Assembly (NCBI GenBank): GCA_051362555.1
Contig: CM120644.1
Span: 1,124,954 to 1,188,953, forward strand
Direction of reading: 5' to 3'
Length of the DNA: 64,000 bases
Origin: Lingula anatina
Lineage: Eukaryota > Animalia > Brachiopoda
Position 1 is the first letter of the stretch. Each line of letters begins with the position of its first letter. Positions 1 to 13,621 of the stretch are shown piece after piece. The translations under genes were made by a program, and so were the position numbers. The notes under the pieces are model-generated. The model was not told the DNA's origin, searched no databases, and saw nothing but the letters and a program-made list of their open reading frames with translations.

Positions 1-559
1 TTCGTTACATCGATACTGTTACAATAATAGGCTTGACAATCCTCACGATCAGTTTCACATCGCAGATCAAAAATGTTTTGAAAAAATAACTACGAAAAAT
101 GTAATTGATAAAATAATCAACAAAATACTTCAGTTTTCAAATACAGTCCAAATGACACCTTATCTTGTATCGCATTTAATCGTAAAACACGCGACTTTTC
201 TACAGCGCTGTAATGGAGGGTCTTGTCCTGATCGAGACCCGACCTCTCAGTAATTCAAACGTATCCGATGGAAGAGTGCTATAAAAAAATTAAGTAATTT
301 CAATATCCGGCATCCACTTACTGATCAATCCATTGAGCTAATATCGGAAAATATTAAAAACGTTTTTTCGAGAGAAACGTCCCCAGAGTTCGTCTCATGC
401 ATCCCACCGCCTTTCAGTAATTGACGGATACGTGTCGTTTGTGGAGTTGGCTTGACGCATGGAAAACTCATAAGGTATTGATTGTGGATTTCCCCCTTTT
501 TATTTGTGTTTTCCTGAAGGAAGTAGTCAAGGGCGATGTGCTGAAGAGGAGCATCTGCC

Positions 560-612
560 TGTGTGTGTGTGTGTCTGTGTGTGTGTGTGTGTGTATGTCT
601 GTGTCTGTGTGT
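560..612. repeat. (GT)n microsatellite
   Basis: Imperfect GT run seen directly. Confidence 0.95.
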
Positions 613-1547
613 ATATATGTTGTATGTTATTTGAGCATGTACGAGCAAGTGCAGAAGTTTTACACGACTTTGCGTACAATCCCATTGTTGTTAACATTAA
701 AAGAGGGTTTTCTTGCGTGGCGTCTGGAAAGATGACCGGTACATACACATGTATGCCTGATGTTGGGAGTGGTGAGAGCGTGCACGGTGCATGTGAGGAC
801 GTGCGCGGTCATTCAGGATAACGGTTGTTGTAATGTTACGTCCAAACCTCATACATTATGGGGATTGATTTCAATGAAAGCTTGTACACATGTGTAAATA
901 ATGTGAGGTATATGTCCACAGAGTGTTTGTTGCTAGTACAGTCAGTCCGAAGAGGCAGCGTCAGAAGTGGACTCGGAGTGTAATTGACGTAACTTGTGTG
1001 TTATCTGAACTAAACCAGACTGTGGACATTTAGATGCTGGCAGTCTAGTTCAAAACCCGCCTGTGCTTCAAAAGATGACCGCAGGACAATATGAATTAAT
1101 TCAGAGTATAATTTTACTGACGCAAATCACCACTTTATTACAGTACTTCTTGAGTATTTCTATCACTATTTCTTTTAATGCAAAAGTTCTGATAGAATGG
1201 GTTCTTTTTTTATCAAAGAAAATTTCTGTTAAAGCCCTGTTACAAACAGCCAGGCAGCACGTTTGTTTAGATAAGCAGTGCGTTTGTGTTGGAAATTAAT
1301 TGGTTTGTTTTTGTTAGTTATACAAAGTCACGGCAGAAGTATATAAAAAGGAACAACTTACCTCAAATAAACAAACTATAATTCTTACATGTGTCGAATC
1401 TATTTCGCTTTGCTTTTGTGCTATATATTGTACACGTTACTGCATTACCACCAGAATAAAATAATTTAGTACATTAAACATTTTAACATTCGATGATTAT
1501 TTATTGTTAATCATCGTAACTCGTAACTCGTATATATATATGTGGCA

Positions 1548-1550
<3 letters not shown>

Positions 1551-1578
<28 letters not shown>
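1551..1578. repeat. (GA)n microsatellite
   Basis: GA run seen directly. Confidence 0.95.
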
Positions 1579-1582
<4 letters not shown>

Positions 1583-2280
1583 GCTGTTACACCTCGGGCA
1601 ATGACAACGTGCTCTTCAGAAATCAAAATTGAAACTATATAAGACACTAACACCAATTTCTTCCTCTAAAACCTACTCATTCTATGATTCACTAAGGCTG
1701 ACAATCACAGTAATGTACGACCTGGCTAAGAATCACAGTTGGTATACAAGTACTGGATCAGTGGTATCCCCCATATTTGTTTTGATAAGTACATTGTTGT
1801 ACCTTATCCTTAAATTACCAAAGTCTCACAATATATTGTTCTACAAGTAGTTTAGAAAGCCCTGCTGAAGAACATGTAAGTGCCATTGATCCTGGTGTCA
1901 CAGAAGAAAGACATCAGCGGCGTCTTAAGGATGCGTCACGTTCTATTACATTAACAACATAAGCTGCACACGTTAAGTCCTCCTGAGAATCAGATGAAAG
2001 AAGAACACATCCCGTGATAAGGATTAACGAAGCGTGTGTTGCGTTGGCGTTTGCTGTGATTTCAACAGATCGATGCATTTCTGCAAAACTATTATCTGTA
2101 TACTTGAGAACTCGAACGTTTTAAATTTTTCCATGCATTTCTTAAATATATGTTCATCTACATGTAAATAGTCTCGTCAATCCAATGACGCTTTCCTCGT
2201 ATTATGTTTTCTTTTCTTTCTTAAACTGGTGACTGTAAGGGTTAAGAAAAAATAATATATGATAACTACTCTGTGATTGC

Positions 2281-2335
2281 AAATCGGTTATTGAATTAAC
2301 CTGGTTGAAAATCGGTTATTAAATTAACCTGGTTG
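2281..2335. repeat. 28-bp tandem duplication
   Basis: aaatcggttatt(g/a)aattaacctggttg twice. Confidence 0.9.
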
Positions 2336-5300
2336 CTCAATTAAATAAGTTTCAACGGCTATTTCTGCACCATACATATTATATGTAGTTCAGAAGCCCG
2401 TTACTAACAGACAAGTCCATTGCTGAAGCATATGTAATTACATAAGAATCAATGGTCATTACAGAATCCAAACGGTGCCTATAATTACAATCGATGTGTA
2501 TTAACTAAGACAGTACTGCACTGATTACTTGATCTTTTACTTAAAACTTGGGTGCTGAGCTACACCTCTCGCCAGATTTGATATAAAAAGCAAAGTGCGC
2601 ATGTGTTTGCCGTTGCGTGAATGTGTGCGTGCACGCGTACGCGCATGTACTCATAGACTTCTGATGCAAGTTTTTCTACTAATCGTTCACCTGAGGGAAA
2701 TTTGGATAAAATTCACCATACAGGAAAGCAGTAACATGCAACCGAGGCGCCATCTTTGTGACGGTGAAATCTTATCCAATTTCCTCACAGAGTACTCGGG
2801 TCTCGCTGTTTTCCGGAACTTGTCCAGTGTCATCATAAATTCCACTTCCGGTATTCACTATTGAACAACCTACGGAAATCGTCACTCTTTTTCGCGATTT
2901 TCCATCGTTGGACAAATGGAGGTGTTGCGTTCCTGCATAATTGTTTGTGTTCCAGAAAAGTAAAATGTTTGGTATCTGTTTACATATTGCTTCGCTTTTA
3001 TCTGAATCTGCAATCCTTATTCTAGAATCAAATGCTAATAATCGCAAGTTAGAACTCTGCCTTTCTTTGAAATGTGTAAAATCCAACATTTCTCTCAGTT
3101 TCTTTCATCATATTTTAAGTACCTTCAAAAAGATGTTTCCTTTTTATGTTTTACATATGAAGGTCACGAAGTGCGCCGGGAATAAAGAACTGATTAGACA
3201 ACAACTGTCATAGATTAGTACAAGCCTTCAACATAAATTACATAGCGTTGAAAACACATTGCGCAATGTACGCGGAGAGTTTCACCGTCTTGTTAAATGC
3301 AGCATTTCTACATTCTCCTTCTATCAAAACAATTGATAGCAAATGTACTCGACAGAGCATCTAGGTCAAAAAGAAGGCAGATAACACATCAATAAAATTT
3401 ATATAATATTACATCTGGAATAGTCTACGTTGCATGTGCTTATGATAAAAAACACACTCGTCTATCGGCAGGACTGTTCACCATATGACACCAAATGGTC
3501 GATTTTCATTTTCTTTCCAAGAAACTGTTGGCTGGGAAACAAGAAGAAGAGTTTTCAGTGTGTTCTTTAGAAATGTATTCCAAGATTACTAAGCTTATTA
3601 CCCTCCTTGCCAAAATTCTTAAACGATGCACAACGGGCGCGCTTCGTTAATTTAGTCGGTGGAAACACGTGAAATTGCAGACTACATACATGAGGGATAA
3701 GAAATACATTAACGATAAGAAGCGTTTGGCAAATGAGTTGATTTATTTTCCCGGTTGGAAAATTGATTACAAAATATCGGATCCAAACTTAACTTTGGAT
3801 GACATTCACGTAGTTTGTGTCATTCATATCAGTAAATAGGCTGAAGGTCTAGCATTGTTGTAACGGTAATCTCGTTCACTCCCGTTTCTTTCAATTTCAA
3901 TTATTGCTGTGAAAATGCCATGTTGGCATGCAAAGGGCGAATAGGTATTGAAATTTTTCTTGTTCACCCCTATTACTTCTATTGTTACATTCTTTATTTG
4001 GAAAATTGCGTTTTTGCTCGTAAAGGACCAAGCAGGTTTGTGGCGTTTTTTTTTTTTTTTTTTTTGTGTGTCTTGCTTTGGTTACTGTTCTCAAATTTTA
4101 ATTTCTGAACAGTTCACTGAGAACACGGTTGGAATGGTCATCAGAGTCACTATCGATTTTGAGAAAGTCTCCAGGCAATCTGCATACCTGCACAAACTAG
4201 TTAAACAATCGACGCATATTGCATCATTTTCTTCACCATCCACAATTAGCACAATCCTAACCTTTTGACAAGATTCTACGTAAATCTTTCCTTTGATGAT
4301 TTGGCATTCAAAAGACAAACGCTTCACAAGAACTTAATCACGAATGAACTTCAAATAAGTCGGGTTTGGTACCTCGAAGGTGGATTTGAATCACCAAAAA
4401 ACATCTACCAACTGCCAAATCCAGACAAGGAATCATACGCCAGAAGTTCTTCCAGGCATTGAGGAGACCCCATCCGACCTTTTCATCTTCGTTTTTGATT
4501 GAGACCGAATGATAGCATTTGCCTGTGGCACATGTTATCGTTTTACTTTGCAATCTTATAAAGTACGAGTAAAGACGACAGAATTAAGAACACGCGGTAG
4601 AAATATGCCCCGGTACCTTGGTGAATGCTCGCAGTGATGGTATTCATCGCAGACCCCATCGGGTTGATTGCGATCGGTAAATGTCCATTAAAATCTAATT
4701 TTAGTTTCTTTGATTTCACCCCGCGGGAGTGTACTGTGATTCTAAGAGTATCTCAAACGTGCAGGCACAGGATTTCTAATTTACCGACAATCTATAACAC
4801 CTTACTTACGAAGTAAACAGATAGAGGGGCACGTGTGTTTTTTACCTTGCTATCCTTACCTTTTATTGTTATTATTAAGTTATATAAACGCAGCAGTGGG
4901 GCCCGTGGTCCTTATTTTGACCACATGTCGACTCCCATCAAATAGGTGTGAGAAAATTGGCAAACAAGACGCTTTATAAAACGAACGTGCTTGTTAATTG
5001 CTGCAATATTTAGACCTTTATCTGTTGCGAAGGAAACTAAAGGCACGTTTAGTTCGATGAGATGACCAGGTAAATGGGCTAAGGTTCGGTTTTGTAAAAA
5101 TGATAACAATTATTAGATATGCAATTAGGCAATCCCGAACTTAAGATGAATAATCATCAAACTATTGACCTGTGAGTGTTTTTACATCATATCACAAAGG
5201 TACTGAAAAAATGAGACTTAATTATGAGTGCCTTCCACATATTTCCACATCACACAGAACAGGTGGCACGTCAACGGCCATCATCTACAACGGACTGCGC

Positions 5301-7264
5301 ATAAGCAATAGTTTGACAACGCATAGAAATGGCTTAATATCCAAAATGCATAACTGAATGGTTATGGAGACATTGACAAAAGAAGAAATCCCGACAAAAG
5401 GGAAAATCGGCAACAGAATTGCGCGAAAGGCGAGTTAATGCACAGAGTTGACAACCACGAATGATAGATGACACAGTGATTGAAACGACTCTGATCTTAT
5501 TCCTATTTTATTCATTAGGGGAAAAACATGGAAAAGTACGTAAATTCATGGTTTAGAAAAAAATAGATGGCGTAAGCATTACAGTTTGTGAATCCAATCT
5601 AACTTTTACCTAAAACAAAAGATCACAAGTAAGTATACTCGGCGGTGCCCCTGGTCTGTAACCCTGTCAGATCGATATGATTAAGTATAGGCCACTGTAA
5701 GTGAAACACCTTTACCCAGACGCTGATTCTGACGTAAAGTTTTCTTAGGAAATCAAAGACCAGCGAAAGGATTAATGTAATTATTATTGTTCGCACGGGG
5801 ACTCCTATACCTTAGGGGTTCGCTGTACTCTTTGAACGCCGGCAATATGCGTGCTTTTAAACGCGTTGCTGTAACTGTGGACTGAGACGCGAAGTTATTA
5901 GAAGTTCGTCCCCAGAACTCTACCCGAAGCGTGGATTTAATTCAACTAGAAGTAGTAATCATTTCATGAGATAATGCTACCCGCCCGTGGAATGATCTGA
6001 TAGTGTGGATGATCCAATTACGGATAGAGAACGTTTTAATACACTCGACCTGACAGTTACCTTGAAGATAAAGACGGCGAGTTATTGCACCGTGATATTC
6101 CATGAGGCAAATTTTAATCGGATATTTGATAAAAAAATATCTTGGTGGCCTTGACAACTTTATATTTCCTTTTGGATAAAGGTATAATTATAAAAGGAAT
6201 TAAACGTTTGTATTCAAACGAGTTTTATCAGAAACAATATTGTCTTTCTTGCCATTTTAAGCTCTCTGTAAAACTCGACTTTTGAGGTATTGGGTATCAA
6301 ACGCTTCGCTTTCATACAGACAAACCGCCTTCTCTCTGTAAAAACCAATCACATGTATTTTTAGGGACCACTCGTTGTAACTTGGGCGTCTACGCATTTA
6401 TATTCAATATTTAAGGGCGAGATTTCAATATAAGTTGTCGAATGATTAGTAACAAAAAAGCGGTATGCTTGATGGGGAGGAGACAACACCTCGTGCCATG
6501 CACGCGCAAGAACACGCTTCTACAGATACATGTAATAGTTAATTGCATGCTACGCAGCTTCTTCCTTTGTAATTAAGTTGAACTTTTAGTTTTCTTGAAG
6601 GAAACCAAGGCATGGTCTAATATCGCCTGGTATATGTTTGGTTTCTTGCTCATGGGTACCAGCAACTGTTTGGAATTGGCTAACTTTCAGAACCTTAAAA
6701 CAAACGTAGAATAAACATGCAGTTACACCGTTATGTCGTAAAAACACAGTCTTTCAATAACGCCCAAGTTTACAAGACACCATTCCTTTGCCTGTGAGGA
6801 ACCGCCGATATCTACACAGACCTAGCAGGAATTCTATTGCCCAGTGGCCGCTACACGGCTCTCCTGTCCGCCTCCTGTTTTTGTAGGCAATTTGTGTGTT
6901 ATTTCTGAGTCAATTATCCCTTAAAGTGTACCTAACCATAGGGCGGGCCAGTAACGCTTTAAACATACCACGTTTACTTTTCATTGCACCGCGGTATGTA
7001 GGGTTCAGGGGCCGGTCTGCTACTGCAGTTTCCTTCACCATTTTCTACAATCAGTGTGTTTTGTTTAATTTCATTCTACATTTTGTATCAGTGCGAGGAA
7101 AACTACGTTAACACATCATGTTCACTGGAGGGACAACTAAATCACCCAAATGTATATTTTTGCAACAATGACCGCTGTCCTACCAAGTTTTTGAAAACAC
7201 ACAATCCACTGGCTTATATACCAAATAACAATAAAACACTTGATTATGAAATGATGCAAATATG

Positions 7265-7480
7265 CAGGGGCGGATCCAGAATTATTTGAAGGGGAGTTCG
7301 CAGATGCGAAGCCGACCCCCTTCCCCCCAACTTGGCTTGTGGTTGGGCCCGATGAAGGGCCTCGAAAATTTTTGGTATTTTAGAGGGCGAAGGTGCCATT
7401 TGGTCCGGTTTTGAACTATGATTCAACTAGTCAAAATTCTAATTTCAAGAGGGTACCAGAAATCGAAGGGGGGGGGGGGG
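7265..7480. mobile_element. Fragment of a GC-rich non-autonomous DNA element starting CAGGGGCGGATCCAG (hAT-like terminus)
   Basis: Abrupt GC-rich segment with a CAGGGG start ending in a G run; no matching right TIR seen. Confidence 0.4.
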
Positions 7481-7528
7481 TTATTGTTAAATGGTTAAAT
7501 ATTTCACCAAGCCTTCTTTTACAAGTTA

Positions 7529-7532
<4 letters not shown>

Positions 7533-7604
<72 letters not shown>

Positions 7605-7612
7605 TGTGTGTG
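7533..7612. repeat. (TG)n microsatellite, ~80 bp
   Basis: TG run seen directly. Confidence 0.97.
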
Positions 7613-9341
7613 CTAATTCGGGGTGAGGAGCACTTTAGGTTAATAAAAACACAAATAAAAAACATATAAATCTCCAGATGACAACAAAAGCCGCCGTGTT
7701 ACGTAAATCAGTTCTAGACATTATCTCATTGGAGATTCTATCAATCAGCTGTTTCGCAAATGTTGCAATAGTCTATGCACTAATCACATTTGTGGATGAT
7801 GTAACGGTATATATAATTGCTAGTTGTTAGTACGAGGATAAATAACATTTCAAGAAGCTTTTTGTCACCGGGTCAAAAATTTGGCCTTTGGTTCTTATAG
7901 GGGTTTCAACATAGCCAAACAAGATTATGTTCTCAATTTTTACCATACGTTAATTTCTTTGACATTTTGTCAACGAAATTATCTTAATCCAATCCCATAG
8001 ATGAAATGACGTAAATGGAACGCAATAAGCTAAATAACATCAGAAACGCACACGGAATGTTATGCACCGGAGTATGCCCATGACTTGAGTTTGCACATCG
8101 TTATGTAAACTGCATCCATACGCGTTACAAATTAGACCATGCGCATTTCATAGTTGCTCGCAATTAAATCTTATCGAAAATAAAGGATAGAAAAATCGAC
8201 ACAAATTCCAATCCTGAAGATATTCATTGTAAAGAATTGGCAGTTAGTTTAACCCCTGACCCTTGCCTTGCTGTGTCCTTAGTTTAAATTGCGGTTTCAA
8301 AACTAGTTTTAAAAGGGGTTAAAGTAAATGAACCATGTGTAACAGCGCCAGGTATGGCCTTCTACCACAAGGTCATACCAGAGACGCTGTACAATATCTT
8401 AAGCATGCATTCGGAGGGAAAGGGGAGAGGAAACAGACAATAACATCTGTCGATAATGAGCGGAACACGATCTTGCTCATATGACCCTGTCAATTCAATC
8501 TGGCCTTCAATGTGCCGAAATGTTACCTGCTACTTTGTCCAGGTCACGTTCGCGTGTGTTGTTGCCCAAAGTGGCGGACAACTGACGTTTGACCTGGTCA
8601 CCAATGGATGCCTTTTAAACATTGTTTTTTATTAGTTCTGCGGCGTTGATATACACCTGTTTGTTGCGTTTTTTTCTTATAAATTCTTCGTACATACATT
8701 AATCTTAAAGCGCAGAGTCCTGTGTATCAAATATCCTGTTGATTGTGGAAAGGGAAGAAGTTTTCACGCGGTCTTTCTGTATGCTTTGCCAATGTATCTT
8801 GCTCTCGTTGGTGATGAATGGGCTCTGTGATGTATTGGGGAGAATGCCCCTTGGGAAATTGAGGATGGTCACGTATTAGATTTCTGTCCAACACAATTTG
8901 TCATAAAGGCTAACCCGGATAGATGTATCAGTTTTCTGCTGTGGTCACTGAACGGTTTCTTCGCTCAAAATAGGGATCTGCGGTTACAGCCAATATTCCG
9001 TTCTGAATTGTAATTATGATTAACTGTGCCTTGTTTGACTTTTTCAAAATGAGATCCCCCGTGTAGGGTTATATATTGCTAATGGAACAATTCGTCGTCT
9101 GCCGTTTCAAAATTGGATAGCAATTTATGCTTTCACTTCACCGCTCAAATAACTTTAGTTCTTGGACTGTGTATCTGTCTTGATTTAGGTTGCCCCTGTC
9201 AACTAGAGACTGAACTTGATAGCAATAAGATGAGTGCAACAAATATATGATTATATAGGATTATAACGGCTCCAAAGAAACCACCCATTTAGAAAAATGT
9301 TTATACCGTAGCAAAATTAAATAAATACCATATTAAACAGT

Positions 9342-9364
9342 AAACAAACAAACAAACAAACAAA

Positions 9365-9406
<42 letters not shown>
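9342..9406. repeat. (AAAC)n(AAAT)n microsatellite
   Basis: Compound tetranucleotide run seen directly. Confidence 0.95.
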
Positions 9407-9408
<2 letters not shown>

Positions 9409-11215
9409 ACCAAGGACTAAGAACAAATCAGAAAATATAAACAACAACCTGCACACACCAAATAGATGCCAAACCCCGAGGGCGTCAGGTTTTATACACC
9501 AACATATAACTATATTCATAAGGCACACGCCTATCAATGTTCCCGTTATTTGGTATATGTACGAGTACATTTTACGTCTAGAAGAACAACAGCAGTTATT
9601 ACAAAAATAATAATAATAATAAAATATTGAAAATTAACAAATATTTCACAATAAAACAAGATAAAATACAAACTCACTCAAAAAGAAACATAATTTACAA
9701 AAGCCCTGATTTCCCTTAAAGCATAAAGTGCAAATGATTCGTTGTAAAAATATTGGACAAGAAACCCCAAGAGACTCCTGCATAAGAACACGATTGTCTT
9801 TTATTTGTCAGAGACTCGATATACGTCACAATATTCATTTATCCTGGAATAAAAGACGAGAACTATTCAAAATGAATTTTCGATTTTAAGATACCAAAAC
9901 ACGTAATACTGAAAAACACAAAGTATGAGATCAATTCTGTGAAAGTTCTGTGAAAGTTCGAATATTCGATTCAGTTGACATAGACGAATATAAACCACAC
10001 CTCCTTGGTAAATCCACGGACCATTATACATATATCGGGTGTTCTCCCTCTGATAAAATTGCACAGATTAATGAGGAGTCACGTTACATGGATTAGAGTG
10101 TTGCTTAAACTAGAATTGTCTGAACAACAAGAACAATATGTTAATTAATTAATTAATTATTGTTTGTGTCATGCGTCTCTCACATCACGCATATTCTCTA
10201 AGTCAACGTTCCCTCGAATGAACTCTCATTCAGAACATTAACCAAATCGTACAGAGTTATAAGAACTCTCAATATCTTGTCACTGATATCATCTGATCCG
10301 TGCTCCAGAGACATCGCTCATAGCAGACTTCCTCGTTATCTAACCACTCCTGACAGGAGCTGAAGAAACCTTAATGCAAAATACCATTCCAGAACTCAAA
10401 GCGGCTTTGGGCTGCCAGTCAACGTGGTGCAAGTTGCCACCCAATGTCCGATAGCTCATTACATTTGGAGCATGTAAATCTGCAGGGGTTTGAGGAAAAA
10501 CCGATAAAAACTCTAATGATATTGTTTAGGATCGAAATAAGATGTGTCCCGGACTGATTATATGTTTTTCTTCCCTTGCATATTGTCGGTAACCTTAGGC
10601 AAACGGATGACTAGATTTACGGCATGTTTAGTTCGATACTTTTCGTTTAAAGATGCGTCACATTAAAAAATAACTCGACCTTAGGTGATTGTCTACAATA
10701 TTAGACAATGTAGCATGGAGATACATGGAAAGTTTACATGCTGTCGCACTGTTTTTGATCTGTGAATCGCTCGAGTTTTTGTAGGAGTTTTAATACCCAA
10801 AATAGATCTGCGCCGTATACTTTGGCATGAAAAAAACAGAGGGAAAAACATAAATCAAAAAGCGCTGAAAAAACTCTGTTGACTTGTACAGTTCGCCATT
10901 ACCTTTAAAGTACATGTACTTGGACTAACATTATGTTCTTTATCAATTTTCCCTTTTGCTTTGAACAGTAAGATCAAAAGGCGCGCCATTGCCTGATCTT
11001 AATTATAGATAAAACCAATATATATCTTTATTAAACGCTACTTTACAACAATTTGATACGGTGCAATGTATTTTAAAAGTCCCCTGTATATGTGGATACG
11101 CATTCAGAGAAAGTAAAGCATTTCTTTTATTTTTCCTCAGCAAAGATAGAACGTTATTAAACCGTTATTTTGAAGATTCATATCAAACCACCGTATAGAT
11201 TTTAAGAAATAAATA

Positions 11216-11358
11216 AGGTATTATACTGATGCATCTATGAATATCTACTATAAAGATGTAATCCAAGCTTTTGGTCCCAAGGCCTTCTCCCACAGGGGCC
11301 GAAAGCTTGGATTACATCTTTATAGTAGATCTTCATATATGCATCAGTGTTATAACCT
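11216..11358. repeat. Long inverted repeat/hairpin (~63-bp arms, 16-nt loop); possible MITE
   Basis: 11243-11271 (atctactataaagatgtaatccaagcttt) is the exact reverse complement of 11302-11330; the arms extend with a few mismatches. Confidence 0.9.
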
Positions 11359-13397
11359 ATATACCGTGATTATAACGTTACCATAACGTTCAGGTAACGC
11401 TTAAATAAAGTTCTGTGTTTGCTGGACTTAATTCACAAAACGGCAAAAACAGAAAATTGGTCTATAGCCAAGGGTTTTTGAGAATTGAAGCCGACTAATA
11501 TTTCATAAAATATCTTTAACACCGCTAGCCCCCTTTTCGATCGTTTCACTATGACCGGAGAAAAAACAGGGTCTTCATGACAAATACTATGTATATCATT
11601 GGTGGCAATTGCCGGTTAACATTAGTCAGCTGTATGTGTTCAGGTTCTTATGTTCAGTGATCGTTTTTTTTTTTTTCGGAATCAGACCAATAAAAGACGA
11701 CTTTTTATATTCCGTTATCCAATGCAAGCATCTTAATCGAAGACCTAAAATAGTACGACCTTTTCAAAAAAACCTGGTCCAGATCACACACGATGCACAG
11801 ACAGGCACCAGATTCACTTGTAAGGAGAGATAACGAAGTCGTAATAAAGAGACATTTAGACTTCAGTCCAGCAAAAACAGTTTTTGATAGATCAGATAAG
11901 GCGGAGAGGAATAAGGTCTAAGCAAAACCAGAAGCAAAAATAATTGAGTTGAAAGAAACAAACGAAGCGTCCTAAAAGTCAAATTGCGCCGTTAATTGTA
12001 ACATTAGGTATATATATTTATGTCTCTTCCATCTCAGTGTACCACAAACTTTTATGGTCTCATTCATAGCAAGAAAGAAGGCAACAAGGAGTATTGATTG
12101 TTCGTGATTTGGCCAAACAAGGCCGCTTTTATTATGTAACCATTCTATCCTGATCGTTTTAACAATAATAACAATGTAGCAAATTGTTGCCTGTATTAAA
12201 TGTTATGGCCTTAGGGATAAAAATTATATATCAAATATTCAATAAGACTCATCATCCTAAAAATTATGATGCGACGAGTCAGCAAAAGTTATTATTTACC
12301 AACAATTTTGCACAAATTTCATTTGTGGGGTTGCAAAGAGGCCCCCACTAAGTGTGTTCTAAGATTTATCCATGTGTTTGTGGAATGTAAATTCCACCAC
12401 TTAGAAAAGTCAAACACCTCATGTTGTGTGGGGATCCTGGTCTACCCATCATCTGGTTTAGAGCTCTTGAAGCGTGCATAAAAATGTAACTGATTCGTCT
12501 TTTTAAGTTAGAAACGCAGTAACAGAAACCATTGCCGTAAATACCTCAGTGATGTACAAATTGCCCCATCCACTTTCCTAAAGTGAGGAGCTTTTATCCG
12601 GGGTTTGGGATGATCTATCTTAACGACTCGCCACTTTGACGTAATGGTACCAATTGATTACTACCAACCTGTTTCTCTGATGTAATATTTTCACCGTAAC
12701 ACCATGGGTGGAGTGTTATTTATATAGCCCTTACTAGAAAGTTTTAAAAATGTGGAGATTGATACGGTATATTATGTAAATGTGGCGTTCAGAGTTTTCA
12801 TAGCCTTTAAGCTTTGGTTTTTTGGTAACAGATTTAACAACCATTGGCACCATAAGATATTAATGTCGTTGGATGATTCCTGTTTTCTCCTCGATTAAGC
12901 GTTCAGGCTGACTGGGTAAAACAGCTGTTTAAAGTGACATAGCAGATGTAAATTGTGCGTACCATGTTTAACCGACAAAAATATCTTTTTTTATGCAGTC
13001 AACTGGATAAAACCATTTAGGAACCGTCACCGTGTGCACTTTGTCTTTAACAATGAATATAATACACAATTTATCACAGTCGCATTACCTCATCCCTGGA
13101 ATATCTTCACAGTTATGAAATCAATTTTTTTTCTATCTATTGCTCATTATCAGGAATGTATTGATATTACAGTCATACTCAAATCTTTTTAAACGTTTAT
13201 AAAGTCGTCGGTGTAGATATTATATTGCTAACATCTGATAACGTGAATGTTATAACATTATAGCAGAAATCTCTGTCACTCTCTGCAATCCATCAAAAGC
13301 AATTGTTGTCTTTACTTGTTTATCATACGGCATAAGAGGCGGCAGGACAAAGAGTAACCTTATTGTCCTGAAGTCAGCATCGTTATGCGTGCTTTAA

Positions 13398-13621
13398 GGG
13401 TGCATTCCAAGAGATTTAGATCGATCCAGAGATTTAGATTTAGATCGACCTAACTCCCTGGGGGTTCACGCTAAATTGCAGTCAGCCGAGCGCGAACCAT
13501 AGTTAATTTCCCCCTACAGCTTTTAGTAGGCGGGACAGACGCTTAAGTCGGCTAAGCTGACAGTAATCTAGTGAGACTCCCCACAGGGATAGATCGATCT
13601 AAAATCTATGGGAATGGGGTC
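13398..13621. mobile_element. Palindromic MITE, family A copy 1 (PIF/Harbinger-like, TAA TSD)
   Basis: TAA on both flanks; ends cattccaagagatttagatcgat and atcgatctaaaatctatgggaatg are inverted; internal similarity to the copies at 46297 and 58726. Confidence 0.75.

Noticed and set aside
325-821. Overlapping 73-107 aa ORFs
   Set aside because: They are kept open by the (GT)n microsatellite (HTHT/CVCV translations); no recognisable domain or exon structure.
1356-1400. Strong minus-strand donor GAG|GTAAGT as candidate nAChR exon 3
   Set aside because: The upstream sequence does not translate to a DEKNQ-like peptide in any frame.
5775-5945. Possible reverse-oriented tRNA-derived SINE remnant (similar impression at 49770-50130)
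   Set aside because: A and B boxes cannot be identified with confidence and no second alignable copy was confirmed.
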